A stretch of DNA of 64,000 bases, taken from sequence record OR234014.1. One strand, written 5' to 3'. A model generated the notes under the pieces. The model was given only the letters and a program-made list of their open reading frames with translations, made no database searches and was not told where the DNA came from. Every line of letters starts with the position of its first letter. Position 1 is the stretch's first letter. This DNA is from Staphylococcus phage SAC. The position numbers and the translations under genes are program-made. This document shows positions 8,638-19,383 of this stretch, in pieces.

Positions 8638-11160
8638 ACCGTAAATTAAACCAAAGGCTACAGCTTTACTGGCTTGTCTTTCTTCTGCTGTTACGTCCTT
8701 CATACTTTTACCATACATAATACTTGCCGTATTTTTATGAATATCTTGTCCTGTTAAAAACATCTCTAACATTTCTTTATCATCTGTATATAGTGCCGTA
8801 ATACGCATCTCTAAGGCACTATAGTCGGCTTGTAAAATTACACCATCTTTAAATCTAGAGATAAAAGAACGTTTAATAGGGTGGTGATAATCAAACTTAT
8901 TTATATCAGATGTATGAGCAGGTAATTGTTGCATATTAATGTTTGAACTACTTAATCGACCTGATGCAGTTCCTGTACTATTATAGTTACCATGTAAATT
9001 ATGTGTATTCTTATTTACTCTTTTAGGTAATTTCTTAGTAAAAGAATTTCTTTTAGTTTGCAAAGAGGCATAATAAATAAGTAAGTCTAGTAGCTTTTTA
9101 TTATCTTCATTCTCAACCAAAGATAATGCCATCTTTATAGACTTAGTATCTGTTTTGTAGTCTTTCCATGATAACTCATCTTCTTTAGTACTATTACTGA
9201 AAGGTTTATCCTTAACTGTCTCTTTACTATAAGGTAACTGTATACCTAAAATGCTATATAATACTTCACCTTTATGGTCTCCTGAGCTTGGTTTGAACTT
9301 CCAACCTTCATCTTTAAATTTAGCTCTATACTCATGTATTTCTTTGTCTCTATCAGATGGTTTCTTCTCATGTTCTGCTAGGGCTAGTTGGTATAAATTA
9401 TACCTAGTTTCTTCAAATTCTTGGATAGCCCAATGCTCTCTAATTTCTTGGTGGGTTTTTTCCATCTCATTAATATAAAATTCATCATTTTTATGCATGT
9501 ATTCTAAGTCACAATGTAAACCATTTGATTGTATTCTAGCTAATGTTCTAATTAATCTAGGGTAACTTATTGACATTAAGTTCAATGCTTTAGGTCTATT
9601 TTGTTCTTTTAACTTTTCAATAACATCACAGTATATTCTTCTACAGACATCGGTGTCACCACTGGCATAAGGATGCATAAGCTCTAATGGAATCCAATCA
9701 TAATTAAAGTCACCTCCATCTACCTCATTAATAACTTTAGTATTGTCCTTATACGTGTTAATTAAATTAATAGATGTACCTAATACATAATCTTTAGCTT
9801 TGTTAGATAAACTCATATACTCGGGTGATGATTCGGCTACTTCTTTAAATTCAGAATCCATAAGCATATTCTTTGTAATAACCTCAGGTGTTAGTTTTAA
9901 CTCTAAGTATCTTTTTTGCTCTTCTGTGATACCATAATACTTATCTTCATCTGTTAGTTCTATATCAATGTTATCGAGTTTATTTTTCAACCAAGTATCA
10001 TACTCATTTGATTTTATGTTATATTCTTTCTTAGCAACTTTTTTATTTTCTTTTTTAATCTCTTTTAGTTTATCTGATAAGAATCTTAGTAGCTTCAATA
10101 CATACCACTCTTTAAAATCTTCAAGAGGTTTGTCATATCCTCCTACATCTGTTACTTCGTAAGCAAGGTCTGATAATCTTAGAGACTCTGCTTGTTCTTG
10201 TGTTACAGCTAAATACCAACCTACCTTAGTGTCTTGATTATTTTCAAAGTCTGTGAAACCTTGTGTTGTCATTAGAAAATTTATATCATAAGTAGCATTA
10301 TGTAGTACCTTAATGTCTTCTTTGCTAGCTACCCATTCTTTTAATAAGGAAAGAATTTCATCAATATCTTGTTGTCCATTCTCCCAAGTAAAGTCTGATT
10401 TATATAAAGGTATTGTAACACCTTGACCATTTTCCCAACTCATTGATAATACTAAGGGTTTACTTCCTTCTCTATCAGGACTAAGTGAGTTAGTTTCTAA
10501 ATCCCATGCGGTAATGTCTACACCGTCATGATTATCATTCTTTACTTCTTTATTAAATATTTCTCTTACACGCTCAATACTTGTAACAAGTTCATACTTA
10601 ACTTCTTTAGGTTTAAATACGTCTTCACCTTGTTCTACAAACTTACCTAATAACTTAAGGTCAGCTACTACATGACGCTCACTATTCTTATTAACGTTTG
10701 TGTACTCTATGCTATAAGTAGGTAATACCCAAACATCATGTTTTTTATCTTCACTAGTAATAGTTACTTTATTAGGTACACCTCTAACTTTACCGATAGC
10801 TGATACATTTAATAAATATTTAACCCCTAGCTTACCTAAAGGAATAATAATATCGTACTTATTGTTTATGATTATTTGACTCATTCTTTCATAGTAAGGT
10901 TTAACTTCAGATAACTTAACGTCTTGGTACTTAATTGTTTTACCATAGTTATTCTTAATAGGTGTAGGTACTTTAGGATATAAAAAATCAATGTCATAAT
11001 CCTTTGTGCTCCTATCTCTATTAATACCAGAAATATTAGACAATAGTTGTTTTAGTACTCTACCATTAGGTGTATTTAATAGTACATTCTTAACACTACC
11101 ATCATTACTAACTGAAAAGTGTTCCTCTCTGATATAGTCGTATAAAATTAAAACTTTCAT
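8638..11160 (-). CDS. polA: DNA polymerase I family, exon 1 (3'-5' exonuclease and polymerase domains through motif B)
   Basis: Ends ...ERQASKAVAFGLIYG (motif B, RxxxKxxxFGxxYG). The last codon is GGT. Confidence 0.8.
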
Positions 11161-11220
11161 GTTATTACCAATCCCTTCTTTAACTTAAATACAGTATAGC
11201 ATATCTAATCATAGTAGTCA

Positions 11221-11249
11221 ATAAAAAAAAGAGGAACTTAATCCTCTTT
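11221..11249 (-). terminator. rho-independent terminator downstream of the HU gene
   Basis: Stem AGAGGA/TCCTCT followed by T8 on the minus strand. Confidence 0.5.
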
Positions 11250-11540
11250 GTTTAATACATCTATAACTTTATCTAATTCAGACAAAGGTTTAAACTTTAG
11301 TGCCTTTCTATTAGGTAAAGTGAAGTATGTTTTATTTAGTCCATCCCATGCTTTTTTACCCTTACGCTCTACTACTTCTATTTGAAAGTACTTATGATTC
11401 TTTACCTTATCGTAATCTTCAAGTAGTAATTCAGAAATAGCTTTTGTTTCTGCTTCTAGTATCTCTTCTACGTCTTGGATATAGTACCCTGTACTCTCAG
11501 ATATCTTTCTTGCTATATCTCTTCTATTTGCTGTACTCAC
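11238..11540 (-). CDS. HU/IHF-like DNA-binding protein
   Basis: About 100 aa with a bacterial histone-like fold signature (RRDIARKISE...). Confidence 0.6.
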   Translation of the reverse strand: MSTANRRDIARKISESTGYYIQDVEEILEAETKAISELLLEDYDKVKNHKYFQIEVVERKGKKAWDGLNKTYFTLPNRKALKFKPLSELDKVIDVLNKED

Positions 11541-11548
11541 AAAATCAC

Positions 11549-12151
11549 CTAAATCTTAATCTTTCTTTGTCTTTTTAATTCAGTAAGTAGGTCTTCTATT
11601 ATTTCATAATCTTTATTTTCTTTACTAGCAAGAATATAGATATACATTTTCCACACGGACAAAGAAACCCTTAATTTGTCTGCAAAGTCAAGCGTATACC
11701 TAGGTTTTAGTTTATAAGCTTCTTTATCATACGTGTAGTACTTACCTTGTTTAGCGTCTATAGAACTAATACGAGGGAATGATAGATGAACCTCGTCTAC
11801 ATTCGTTTTAACATCGTATAAACTTCTAATAATATCGTAAGGATTGACGTAAGGAAATACAACTGAAATATCAATAATGACTTTTGTTCCCATGAAACTC
11901 AAAGCTATATTATCCATATCTTTGTTACTAAACTTACTACGCATTCTATATACAACTGATGATTTAGGGTGAGCTGATAAATCTTTAAGCACATAGTAAG
12001 GAATTACTGAATCGGTATAGTATGTTACTTGTCCACCGTGCTTGCATATTTTTTCAATCAACTTATCATTGTTATACTTCTCATTAAATAGCATGTAATG
12101 TTTATCATCTCTTAGTATATACCTAGTTGATTTATTAGCTAAGTTGTCCAT
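11549..12151 (-). CDS. hypothetical protein
   Basis: ORF of 200 aa. Confidence 0.4.
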   Translation of the reverse strand: MDNLANKSTRYILRDDKHYMLFNEKYNNDKLIEKICKHGGQVTYYTDSVIPYYVLKDLSAHPKSSVVYRMRSKFSNKDMDNIALSFMGTKVIIDISVVFPYVNPYDIIRSLYDVKTNVDEVHLSFPRISSIDAKQGKYYTYDKEAYKLKPRYTLDFADKLRVSLSVWKMYIYILASKENKDYEIIEDLLTELKRQRKIKI

Positions 12152-12357
12152 ATCTTTTTCTATCTCATCTTCATTTAAAGTTGTAACTTTAATAGCTTTA
12201 GATAATTCATCTTTGTTTTTTACATGTATATTAAAATATCTATCACTATTATATATAGTTAATGTTTTATTTTTTGCGATAACTATTCATCCTTTCATGA
12301 AAAAACCTACTACCTTTTACTAATATAAGTATAGCATAAGTAGTAGGTAATTACAAA

Positions 12358-12690
12358 TTAAAGTAAATCTAATTCCATTAAGTTTTTAGGTGTTACTTGG
12401 TCTTCGAACTTCTTAGCAAGTTCCCCATCTTTATATCCAATAAGTACAGGTGTACTCATAATGTCAAATAACTTGACCGCTTTTTCTCTATCTACATCTT
12501 TATCATCTAAGTTAATAACATAAACAGGTTTAGTAATATCTCCTTCTGCTTCGAAAAGAGGAATCACACTTTTTAAAATTTCACATTTAGCACACTCATC
12601 TTGTGTAACCATGACAATAACATCCTGTTTTTGTCTGATTGTTGTATTTAACTCTAATAAACTATTCACTTTTTCCATTTTCTGTATCAT
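12358..12690 (-). CDS. thioredoxin/glutaredoxin-like redoxin (likely RNR electron donor)
   Basis: CxxC motif (DECAKCE), about 110 aa, adjacent to the nrd genes. Confidence 0.5.
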   Translation of the reverse strand: MIQKMEKVNSLLELNTTIRQKQDVIVMVTQDECAKCEILKSVIPLFEAEGDITKPVYVINLDDKDVDREKAVKLFDIMSTPVLIGYKDGELAKKFEDQVTPKNLMELDLL

Positions 12691-12988
12691 CCTTTTCTAG
12701 TGTGTCAATAATATCTTTAAATGTTTCAATATCAGCTACATGTGTTAACTGCACCATACCATCAGCTTTAAATAACTTCAATGTACCTTCGTATATAAGA
12801 ATGTATACATATGTATTATAAATAAACTCTAGCTGAAATTTACTGGATTTACTATCTGCTTTAGTATCATCTCCCCTATTAAACATCTTAATAGGGTCTT
12901 GTACATTACTTACTTGTGAGAAAATATCATTTGATTTGAATATATCTTCAGTTCTACTTAGTAATCCAAACGCTTCTTTTTTATTCAT
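12662..12988 (-). CDS. hypothetical protein
   Basis: ORF of 108 aa. Confidence 0.35.
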   Translation of the reverse strand: MNKKEAFGLLSRTEDIFKSNDIFSQVSNVQDPIKMFNRGDDTKADSKSSKFQLEFIYNTYVYILIYEGTLKLFKADGMVQLTHVADIETFKDIIDTLEKDDTENGKSE

Positions 12989-13000
12989 TTAGTCACCTCT

Positions 13001-13936
13001 TTAGGCTTCACAATTAATACAAATTTTAGATAAATTGAATTGTTGTGATGCATTTGTACCATGTTGATAATACAATGACTTAATACCATTAGACCATGCA
13101 AAGAGATAAAGTTCATTTAACTCCTCTGCTGTAACATGTTTAGGGTTAATCATAATGTTTATAGATTGTCCTTGGTCAATATATTTTTGTCTTGTAGAAG
13201 CTTGGTCTAATATATTATATTGATTAATTTCACCATATGTTTTAAATACTTCCTTTTCATAATCACTTAAGAAAGTTAGGTGTTGAACGGAACCATCATT
13301 GTCCCTAATACTCTCAATAACTTTTTTATTGTCCTTTCCTTTTTCTTTTAATAGTCTTTTAAGGTAAGGATTAATCATAGTTTTCTTTACTTTAGCAGTG
13401 TCTACAACGTAATAATTACTCATAAAAGGTTCAATTGATTTAGAAACTTGACCTAGGATAAATGAGCTCGAAGTCGTAGGAGCTACCGCCATCAAACACG
13501 AATTCCTTCTACCATACCCTTTAAGAATAGTAGGCTCTCCATAAAGTTTAGCTAACTGCTCACTAGCTTTATAAGTTTTTTCTTTTAATAATTTAAATAT
13601 CTCTTCATTAATTTGACTAGCTTTAATACTTTCAAAAGGTATGAGTTTTGATTGTAGGTATGAATGATATCCAAGAACGCCTATTCCTAAGGCTCTGTTC
13701 TCAACAGAAAAGTTATAAGCTCTCTCCATAAATTTAAATGCTTCTTGTTTATCTTTTTCAGCTGAGTCTCTTAGATATTCTAAGTCTCTAATAAACTCAG
13801 ACATAACAGCATCTAAAAAGTAAACAAGTGTCTCTACAGCATCCGTGTGTTTCCATTCATCATACTTAACAAGGTTCATACTAGATAGGTCACATACAAA
13901 TGACCAATCTTCTTTATTAGGTAACATAATTTCACT
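13001..13936 (-). CDS. nrdE: ribonucleotide reductase large subunit, exon 2 (begins SEI-MLPNKEDWSFVC)
   Basis: In-frame SEI precedes the Met. WSFVCDLSSMNLVKYDEW is the conserved region following NLCSEI. Omega-G at 13937. Confidence 0.75.
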   Translation of the reverse strand, partial: SEIMLPNKEDWSFVCDLSSMNLVKYDEWKHTDAVETLVYFLDAVMSEFIRDLEYLRDSAEKDKQEAFKFMERAYNFSVENRALGIGVLGYHSYLQSKLIPFESIKASQINEEIFKLLKEKTYKASEQLAKLYGEPTILKGYGRRNSCLMAVAPTTSSSFILGQVSKSIEPFMSNYYVVDTAKVKKTMINPYLKRLLKEKGKDNKKVIESIRDNDGSVQHLTFLSDYEKEVFKTYGEINQYNILDQASTRQKYIDQGQSINIMINPKHVTAEELNELYLFAWSNGIKSLYYQHGTNASQQFNLSKICINCEA

Positions 13937-14775
13937 CCTACATGTTCAATAGTGGTCGTTAATCACTACCAGTTCTCTAATTAACAATATTTATAGTTAG
14001 GGAATTTTTCAGAATTACATCTTCTGGTTAATGTATTTCTGTTTATTCCTAGCTCTTCAGAGCATATACCCATATTTTTATAAACTACGCCATCAACAAT
14101 AACTTTTTTAGCATTAGCGCTTTCTTTACCATACATCGGATTGTTTTTTCCTCGTCTATCCATTATATTCCACCCAAAACCTATCTCCATATTATAACCT
14201 TTTTTTACAGATTCGTACATGTCTATAAAAATTTGCTCTACCATGTAAGCAAACTTTTTATCCTCTGTACTAAAAGTGTATAATTCTTCTACATAAAAAT
14301 TCTCTTCACCATGTTTCATCATTGATTGGTGTAAATTAGTTGTTGAGCCTATCTTAGCTTTTCTAATATGATTTTTAAATCTATGTTGAACTGTTTTTGA
14401 TGTAATTCCGATGTATATTTTATTATTGTTTTTGTTTGTAATTTTATAAATATGGTACTCCATTTTCGACCCTCTTAATTATTATTGTTAATATGAACTT
14501 CTATATGTTTCCATATAGAGCAGACTATATCATCTTCCTTAATAAGGAAGTCCACCATTTCGATTTAAATAAGATTTACTTGATTATTACTCAATACTTA
14601 TACCACTTGGCTCTAACCTTATCCCTTCACTTATGTGAATAGGTTACGGATAGTCGTTAGGCATTTACAGATTTATAATCTGATTTAGCACGGTGTTGTC
14701 GTATATTTTAACTTAGATATTCACCGTTTAGATGGATTTTTCGATAGTAATTACTTACTAAAGGTGCAAATTTTT
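13937..14775 (-). mobile_element. Group I intron in nrdE/nrdA carrying a GIY-YIG homing endonuclease gene
   Basis: Exon 1 ends ...NLC (TGT) and exon 2 starts SEI, splitting the catalytic NLCSE motif. R-like CTAACGACTA (14651-14660, reverse complement) and S element GATATAGTCTG (14521-14531, reverse complement). Confidence 0.75.
13981..14463 (-). CDS. GIY-YIG homing endonuclease, intron-encoded
   Basis: IYKITNKNNNKIYIGIT matches the GIY-(10)-YIG motif. Confidence 0.75.
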   Translation of the reverse strand: MEYHIYKITNKNNNKIYIGITSKTVQHRFKNHIRKAKIGSTTNLHQSMMKHGEENFYVEELYTFSTEDKKFAYMVEQIFIDMYESVKKGYNMEIGFGWNIMDRRGKNNPMYGKESANAKKVIVDGVVYKNMGICSEELGINRNTLTRRCNSEKFPNYKYC

Positions 14776-15522
14776 ACACAAATTTGAGTTATTAATAGTC
14801 AATCCTTTGTCTTTATATACATCTACTGTATTACTATTTGCATTATCATGAAAGAAGATATAGGGGTATCCTATTTGTGTTCTTCTTGTTAATACTTTAG
14901 CCCATGTTTTTCTTTTTTCTTTGTCCCCATTAATCATGTCTAATAACCAATCATCAGTAACTGTTACCGCATGTGTTAAGTTTTGAATTGGATTACCTTC
15001 GGTACCAATCTCTAAAAACTCGTCAATATCTTTGTGTTCTATAGGTAGATAAGGGCTAAATCTTCCTCTTCTTTGGCTACCCTGACTTATCGTATCTGTC
15101 ATTTGCTCAAATAGCTTCATAAAATGAACGGAACCACTTGTCAGTCCATTATCAGTGATTTCTGAGCCTCTAGGTCTGATGTTACCGAAGTAACCACTTG
15201 TACCACCACCGTATTTACTCATCATACCTACTTCACTAGCAGTATTAAGTATCGATGGTATAGTATCATCTACCCAACTACCAAAACAACTAATACTAAA
15301 TCCTCTATCTTTCCCGAAATTAGACCATATAGGACTGGATAAGGAATAATAACCTTTACTCATATAATCATAAAACTTGTCAGAAAACCCATCAATACCT
15401 AAAATATCTTCAGCGTAATCTGCAATATCTTTAATTCTTTGTTCTGGTGTTTCACCATCACTTAAATAACCACGTTCTAGAAAAACTCTAGAATCATTAT
15501 TTAACCATTCAAAATTACTCAT
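14776..15522 (-). CDS. nrdE: ribonucleotide reductase large subunit, exon 1 (short N-terminus, no ATP cone)
   Basis: LSSPIWSNFG...SISCF (first catalytic Cys region) through ...NNSNLC. There is a stop codon immediately upstream of the ATG. Confidence 0.75.
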
Positions 15523-15537
15523 CTATATACACTGCCT

Positions 15538-16875
15538 TTATATCATTTTTAGTCTTAAAATAGCGTTTACTTTATCTTTAGTAACTCGTTTACCAGTATT
15601 TTCAAAATCAGATTCCGTTGAAAAAATAGTATCTTCCGTTACAGAATTACTAAATTTTGTATAGTTTACAGAACGTTTAGATAAAAAGTCCGTTAACTTA
15701 GTACTAATAACTTCATCATCAAACCATGACACTTCACTTAGTAACTCTTCATCAACATCAAAAAGTTTAGTATACCCAACAGCTACTAGAGAGTTATTAA
15801 GCCTATTTTTAATAAATTCTTGTACTACTTTCTTAGGTAAGAACTCTAGTTCCCCATCTTCATACATCCAATCAAGTAACCGTGTTTCTGATTCATAAGA
15901 TTTTTTACAGGCTGTGTAAACTGCATCTTCCATTTCTTTGTTGAACCACTCAGGTCTTTCTTCTCTAAGAATATTAATGATTTCTGTTCCAAATAATCCA
16001 TGGATTTGCTCTTCTTTAGATGTAGCTTCAATAGCATTTGATAAACCTCTAAATAAGTTTTTATATTTATTAAAACTCATCATAATTAAAAATTGACTAA
16101 ATAAAGATACATGTTCAATAAATATAGAAAATAATAAAACAGATAGTACGTAATCTCTATCATCCTCACTCTTACTTAGTTTTACATGCATCGCTAACTC
16201 ATCAACACGTTCTTTAAGAGCAGGAATATCGTCAATTGTTTTAAACTCCTCATTCAAACCTAAAATCTCTAATAAATGTGAATAAGCGTCGGCATGACGT
16301 GCTTCACTCTCACTAAAAGTTGCACCCACAGCTCCAGTTTCCCATTTAGGCATTCTATGATATAGGTCACCCCAGAAAGTCTTTACTGCTACTTCTACTT
16401 GGGCAATTGCTAGCATAGCTTTTTTAATGGTCATTTGCTCATTGTATTTAACGTTATTCTTATAGTCTTGAATATCTGATGTATAGTTAAACTCAGTGTG
16501 TACCCAGTAACTTTGGCGTATAGCATCTTTATATTCTAATAATTCAGGGTATTCATAGGGTTTTAATTCTTTTCTTGGTTTGAATAAGTCTCTTTTACGC
16601 TCTCTTTTCTTTTTATCCCTATATAAAATAAAAGCTTTAGCAGTATCTTTATACATACTACTAAATAAAACTTCTTCTACTATATCTTGTATTAATTCTA
16701 CAGTAATGATAGTGTCTTGTTCTTCTAGTAAAGAGTCTACGTCATCTACAAGAGAATCAATAACATCTTCAATATATTCTTCTGTTTCTGAGTTGGCTCT
16801 TAAAATAGCATTAGTAACTTTACTTAAATCATAATCTACAACGGAACCATCACGTTTTTTTATTTGTGTAATCAA
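15538..16875 (-). CDS. nrdB: ribonucleotide reductase small (R2) subunit with an N-terminal ATP-cone domain
   Basis: N-terminal 90 aa match the ATP-cone consensus (IKKRDGSVVDYDLSKVTNAIL...AKAFILYRDKKK). The rest is a ferritin-like R2 (FSESEARHADAYS, IEATSKEEQIHGLFG). Confidence 0.7.
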   Translation of the reverse strand: MITQIKKRDGSVVDYDLSKVTNAILRANSETEEYIEDVIDSLVDDVDSLLEEQDTIITVELIQDIVEEVLFSSMYKDTAKAFILYRDKKKRERKRDLFKPRKELKPYEYPELLEYKDAIRQSYWVHTEFNYTSDIQDYKNNVKYNEQMTIKKAMLAIAQVEVAVKTFWGDLYHRMPKWETGAVGATFSESEARHADAYSHLLEILGLNEEFKTIDDIPALKERVDELAMHVKLSKSEDDRDYVLSVLLFSIFIEHVSLFSQFLIMMSFNKYKNLFRGLSNAIEATSKEEQIHGLFGTEIINILREERPEWFNKEMEDAVYTACKKSYESETRLLDWMYEDGELEFLPKKVVQEFIKNRLNNSLVAVGYTKLFDVDEELLSEVSWFDDEVISTKLTDFLSKRSVNYTKFSNSVTEDTIFSTESDFENTGKRVTKDKVNAILRLKMI

Positions 16876-16889
16876 CTAGTATCCCTTCC

Positions 16890-17498
16890 TTATATACCAT
16901 CAAGTAAATCATCAATCAACTTATCTTCTTTTTTACTAACTTTAGATATTTTAGATTTGACAACTCTATATGGTTTAATCTCTTTTTTGTTGTAGCAAGA
17001 TATAATATAAGAAGGTGTTAAGTTAGTCAACCCATCTATCGTAGTTATAAGAACATCATAAAAATGTTTGTCTTTTCTAACATTCTCTATAATAAAATCT
17101 GTTCTCATAATAGGGTACTCTTCATCTCTTAACTTAACATATACATCTTCTATATAAGGTAATGCTACATATGACTGTGCTCTATTTCTTGTAAATATTA
17201 AACAAGGAGTTTTATTAACTTGCAAACTATCTCCTATAACTTGTTCCCACCATGTATGAGGTTCTTTATTATTAAGTAGAACATTATCCATAATCCAATT
17301 TTCTCTATGTTTACACTCTACAACTAATGGAAAATTAGACTCTAAAGGTGCTACAATGTCACCGACAGCATTATTGTTAGCTCCCCATGATGCACCTCCT
17401 GATTGTGGAGACCTACTAAAAGGATAACCCCACCAATCAGAAAGTTCTTTGGCAATCTTTCTTTCGAATACATCACCTTTTTTTTTACTATTTGTCAT
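16890..17498 (-). CDS. PD-(D/E)XK-family nuclease-like protein (possible resolvase/recombination nuclease)
   Basis: GDIVAP...VVECKHR arrangement (D...E-x-K). Confidence 0.35.
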   Translation of the reverse strand: MTNSKKKGDVFERKIAKELSDWWGYPFSRSPQSGGASWGANNNAVGDIVAPLESNFPLVVECKHRENWIMDNVLLNNKEPHTWWEQVIGDSLQVNKTPCLIFTRNRAQSYVALPYIEDVYVKLRDEEYPIMRTDFIIENVRKDKHFYDVLITTIDGLTNLTPSYIISCYNKKEIKPYRVVKSKISKVSKKEDKLIDDLLDGI

Positions 17499-17925
17499 GT
17501 TTCTTCAACTGCACTACTTTTTCATTATCTTCTTTTGCTTTATGCTCTTCTTGTTTTTTTCTTACTTCTTCTTGTTTTTCTTCTAAATACTTTTCACGTT
17601 TTTCTTTTAATTTAAGTTGCGCCTTCTCTACTTGCTCAGTAGTTACATCTAGGTTATCTTCCATAACAATCATTAACAAATCAATAGCATTAAAAGCATC
17701 ATTAAAGGCAGATGCATACTCTTGAACTGTAACGGCATTAATTGCTCGTGCAATTCTAGTAGCCTCATCTAATGATACACTACGTGCTCCAATACGATGT
17801 AATTGCTTAGCAGTGTCCTCAGTTAATTCCTTGCCTTCTACTGTTCCTTGTGTAATAGCTTCTAACCACATGTCCATATCTTTTTGTGAAATACCTTTTG
17901 TATGTGTACTAATATTTTTTTCCAT
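17488..17925 (-). CDS. hypothetical protein
   Basis: ORF of 145 aa with a charged coiled-coil C-terminus. Confidence 0.4.
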   Translation of the reverse strand: MEKNISTHTKGISQKDMDMWLEAITQGTVEGKELTEDTAKQLHRIGARSVSLDEATRIARAINAVTVQEYASAFNDAFNAIDLLMIVMEDNLDVTTEQVEKAQLKLKEKREKYLEEKQEEVRKKQEEHKAKEDNEKVVQLKKHDK

Positions 17926-18281
17926 TATTCTTCATCCTTTTCTTTTGATTCTTCAATTGCTTCCTCAATATATTTTAATACGTCATCGTTAACTAACTCA
18001 GCTTTGTATAAAGCATCAATTAGAATGTTTAAGTTTAACTCTGTATTTTGCTCTAGGTCAACCATTTGTTTATTAACACCTAACAATAAGTTAGTAATAG
18101 CTTTCATAACATCTGTTAAAGTTGCTGTTTGTTCTTTACCTAACTCTTCTAATTGGTGCATACGCTGTTCATTACCTACACGTAATGCTGTAACATACTC
18201 ATCTACAAAATGTAGAATATCTTTCTCTTCCAAAATAACACTTCCTTTATTTTTATATATGTATTGTAACATACTATACAT
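17925..18281 (-). CDS. hypothetical protein
   Basis: ORF of 118 aa. Confidence 0.4.
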   Translation of the reverse strand: MYSMLQYIYKNKGSVILEEKDILHFVDEYVTALRVGNEQRMHQLEELGKEQTATLTDVMKAITNLLLGVNKQMVDLEQNTELNLNILIDALYKAELVNDDVLKYIEEAIEESKEKDEE

Positions 18282-18293
18282 TATAATGCAAGA

Positions 18294-19370
18294 TTAAAGT
18301 TTTAACTTTTGTTGTAACTTGTAACTTTGAATACTTTCAGGTGTAACTAAAAATCTATTGTGTTTCAAAGTACTAAAAGCTTTTTCCATACCCATATCAT
18401 TAGCATCTTCATTACCATGTGGTACTAAATACACTACATTGAAATGTGAGATAAGCTTATTAGCTAAATTAATACTAAAGTCTGTAGCGTCTGTGTCTAA
18501 CATAATATATATAGGTGTTTCTTTAGGAATACTTGAAATGAGGTTATTAACTTGTATCTTTGAAACTTGTTTACCAAACGTAGCTATACCGTACTTATCA
18601 AATGTAAGGGCGTCAAAAACACCCTCAGTTATAACAACAAACTTTTGTTTACTAGCTATATTTAAATTAAATATAACATCGCTTTTACCATACTCATTAG
18701 GTTTAGAAGGTGCATTTATAGATTTAATATATGGATTTGTTTCAATACTTCTTGTATTCCAGTATATATACTTACCTTCATTGTCATAAGTAAAAAATAT
18801 AACACTATTTCTAAGTACTATTTTCTTTTTCTCATTATTAATACCATAAGAATAGCAATAACCATTTATAATATACCCTATACTATAGTCTAGGATTTGC
18901 TGTAGTGTAATACCTCTATTCTTGAGATATCTTAAATACGGTACTACTTCTTTATTATTTAAGTTATCTTTAATCAATTTAAACCCTATAGGTAGTTCAG
19001 GTGCTTTTGATTTTATACTACTATTATCTTTTGTATATCCATTAAGCCTTAGTAATAATTTCTCACTTTCAGTTAAATCTGTGTTATATATTTCTAATGT
19101 TGGTGAGAATTGTATATCAATATTCTTTGTTTCTAATAACTCAAAAGCTTGTCTACCTGTAATACTATAATAAGATTTCATAAAAGTAATAGGGTTACCA
19201 TGTTCTCCACACTTCTTACAATGATACATACCATTAGTAGAGTCTAAAGACTGCTTAACATAAAACTTGTATTTCTGTTCCCCACAAAAAGGACAACAAT
19301 ATCGTAATTCTCCTACAGTATTCTCTTTGGGTGTTCCAATCTCTTGACTTAAAAAGTCTTCAAACCTCAT
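18294..19370 (-). CDS. DNA primase (DnaG-like: zinc-binding plus Toprim)
   Basis: CCPFCGEQ...HCKKCGEHG zinc ribbon. VVITEGVFDALTFDK and IMLDTD are Toprim motifs. Confidence 0.7.
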   Translation of the reverse strand: MRFEDFLSQEIGTPKENTVGELRYCCPFCGEQKYKFYVKQSLDSTNGMYHCKKCGEHGNPITFMKSYYSITGRQAFELLETKNIDIQFSPTLEIYNTDLTESEKLLLRLNGYTKDNSSIKSKAPELPIGFKLIKDNLNNKEVVPYLRYLKNRGITLQQILDYSIGYIINGYCYSYGINNEKKKIVLRNSVIFFTYDNEGKYIYWNTRSIETNPYIKSINAPSKPNEYGKSDVIFNLNIASKQKFVVITEGVFDALTFDKYGIATFGKQVSKIQVNNLISSIPKETPIYIMLDTDATDFSINLANKLISHFNVVYLVPHGNEDANDMGMEKAFSTLKHNRFLVTPESIQSYKLQQKLKL

Positions 19371-19383
19371 TTTCAGTCACTTC

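Noticed and set aside
15846-16037. 63-aa minus-strand ORF inside the nrdB-like gene
   Set aside because: An alternative frame within a conserved R2 domain, with no RBS.
15538-16875. Possibility that the ATP-cone plus R2 ORF is an assembly or frameshift fusion of a large-subunit N-terminus with nrdF
   Set aside because: The ORF is continuous with a normal R2 start region (YEYPELLEYKDAIRQSYW) directly following the cone. The large-subunit gene starts 15 nt downstream with its own ATG, preceded by an in-frame stop.
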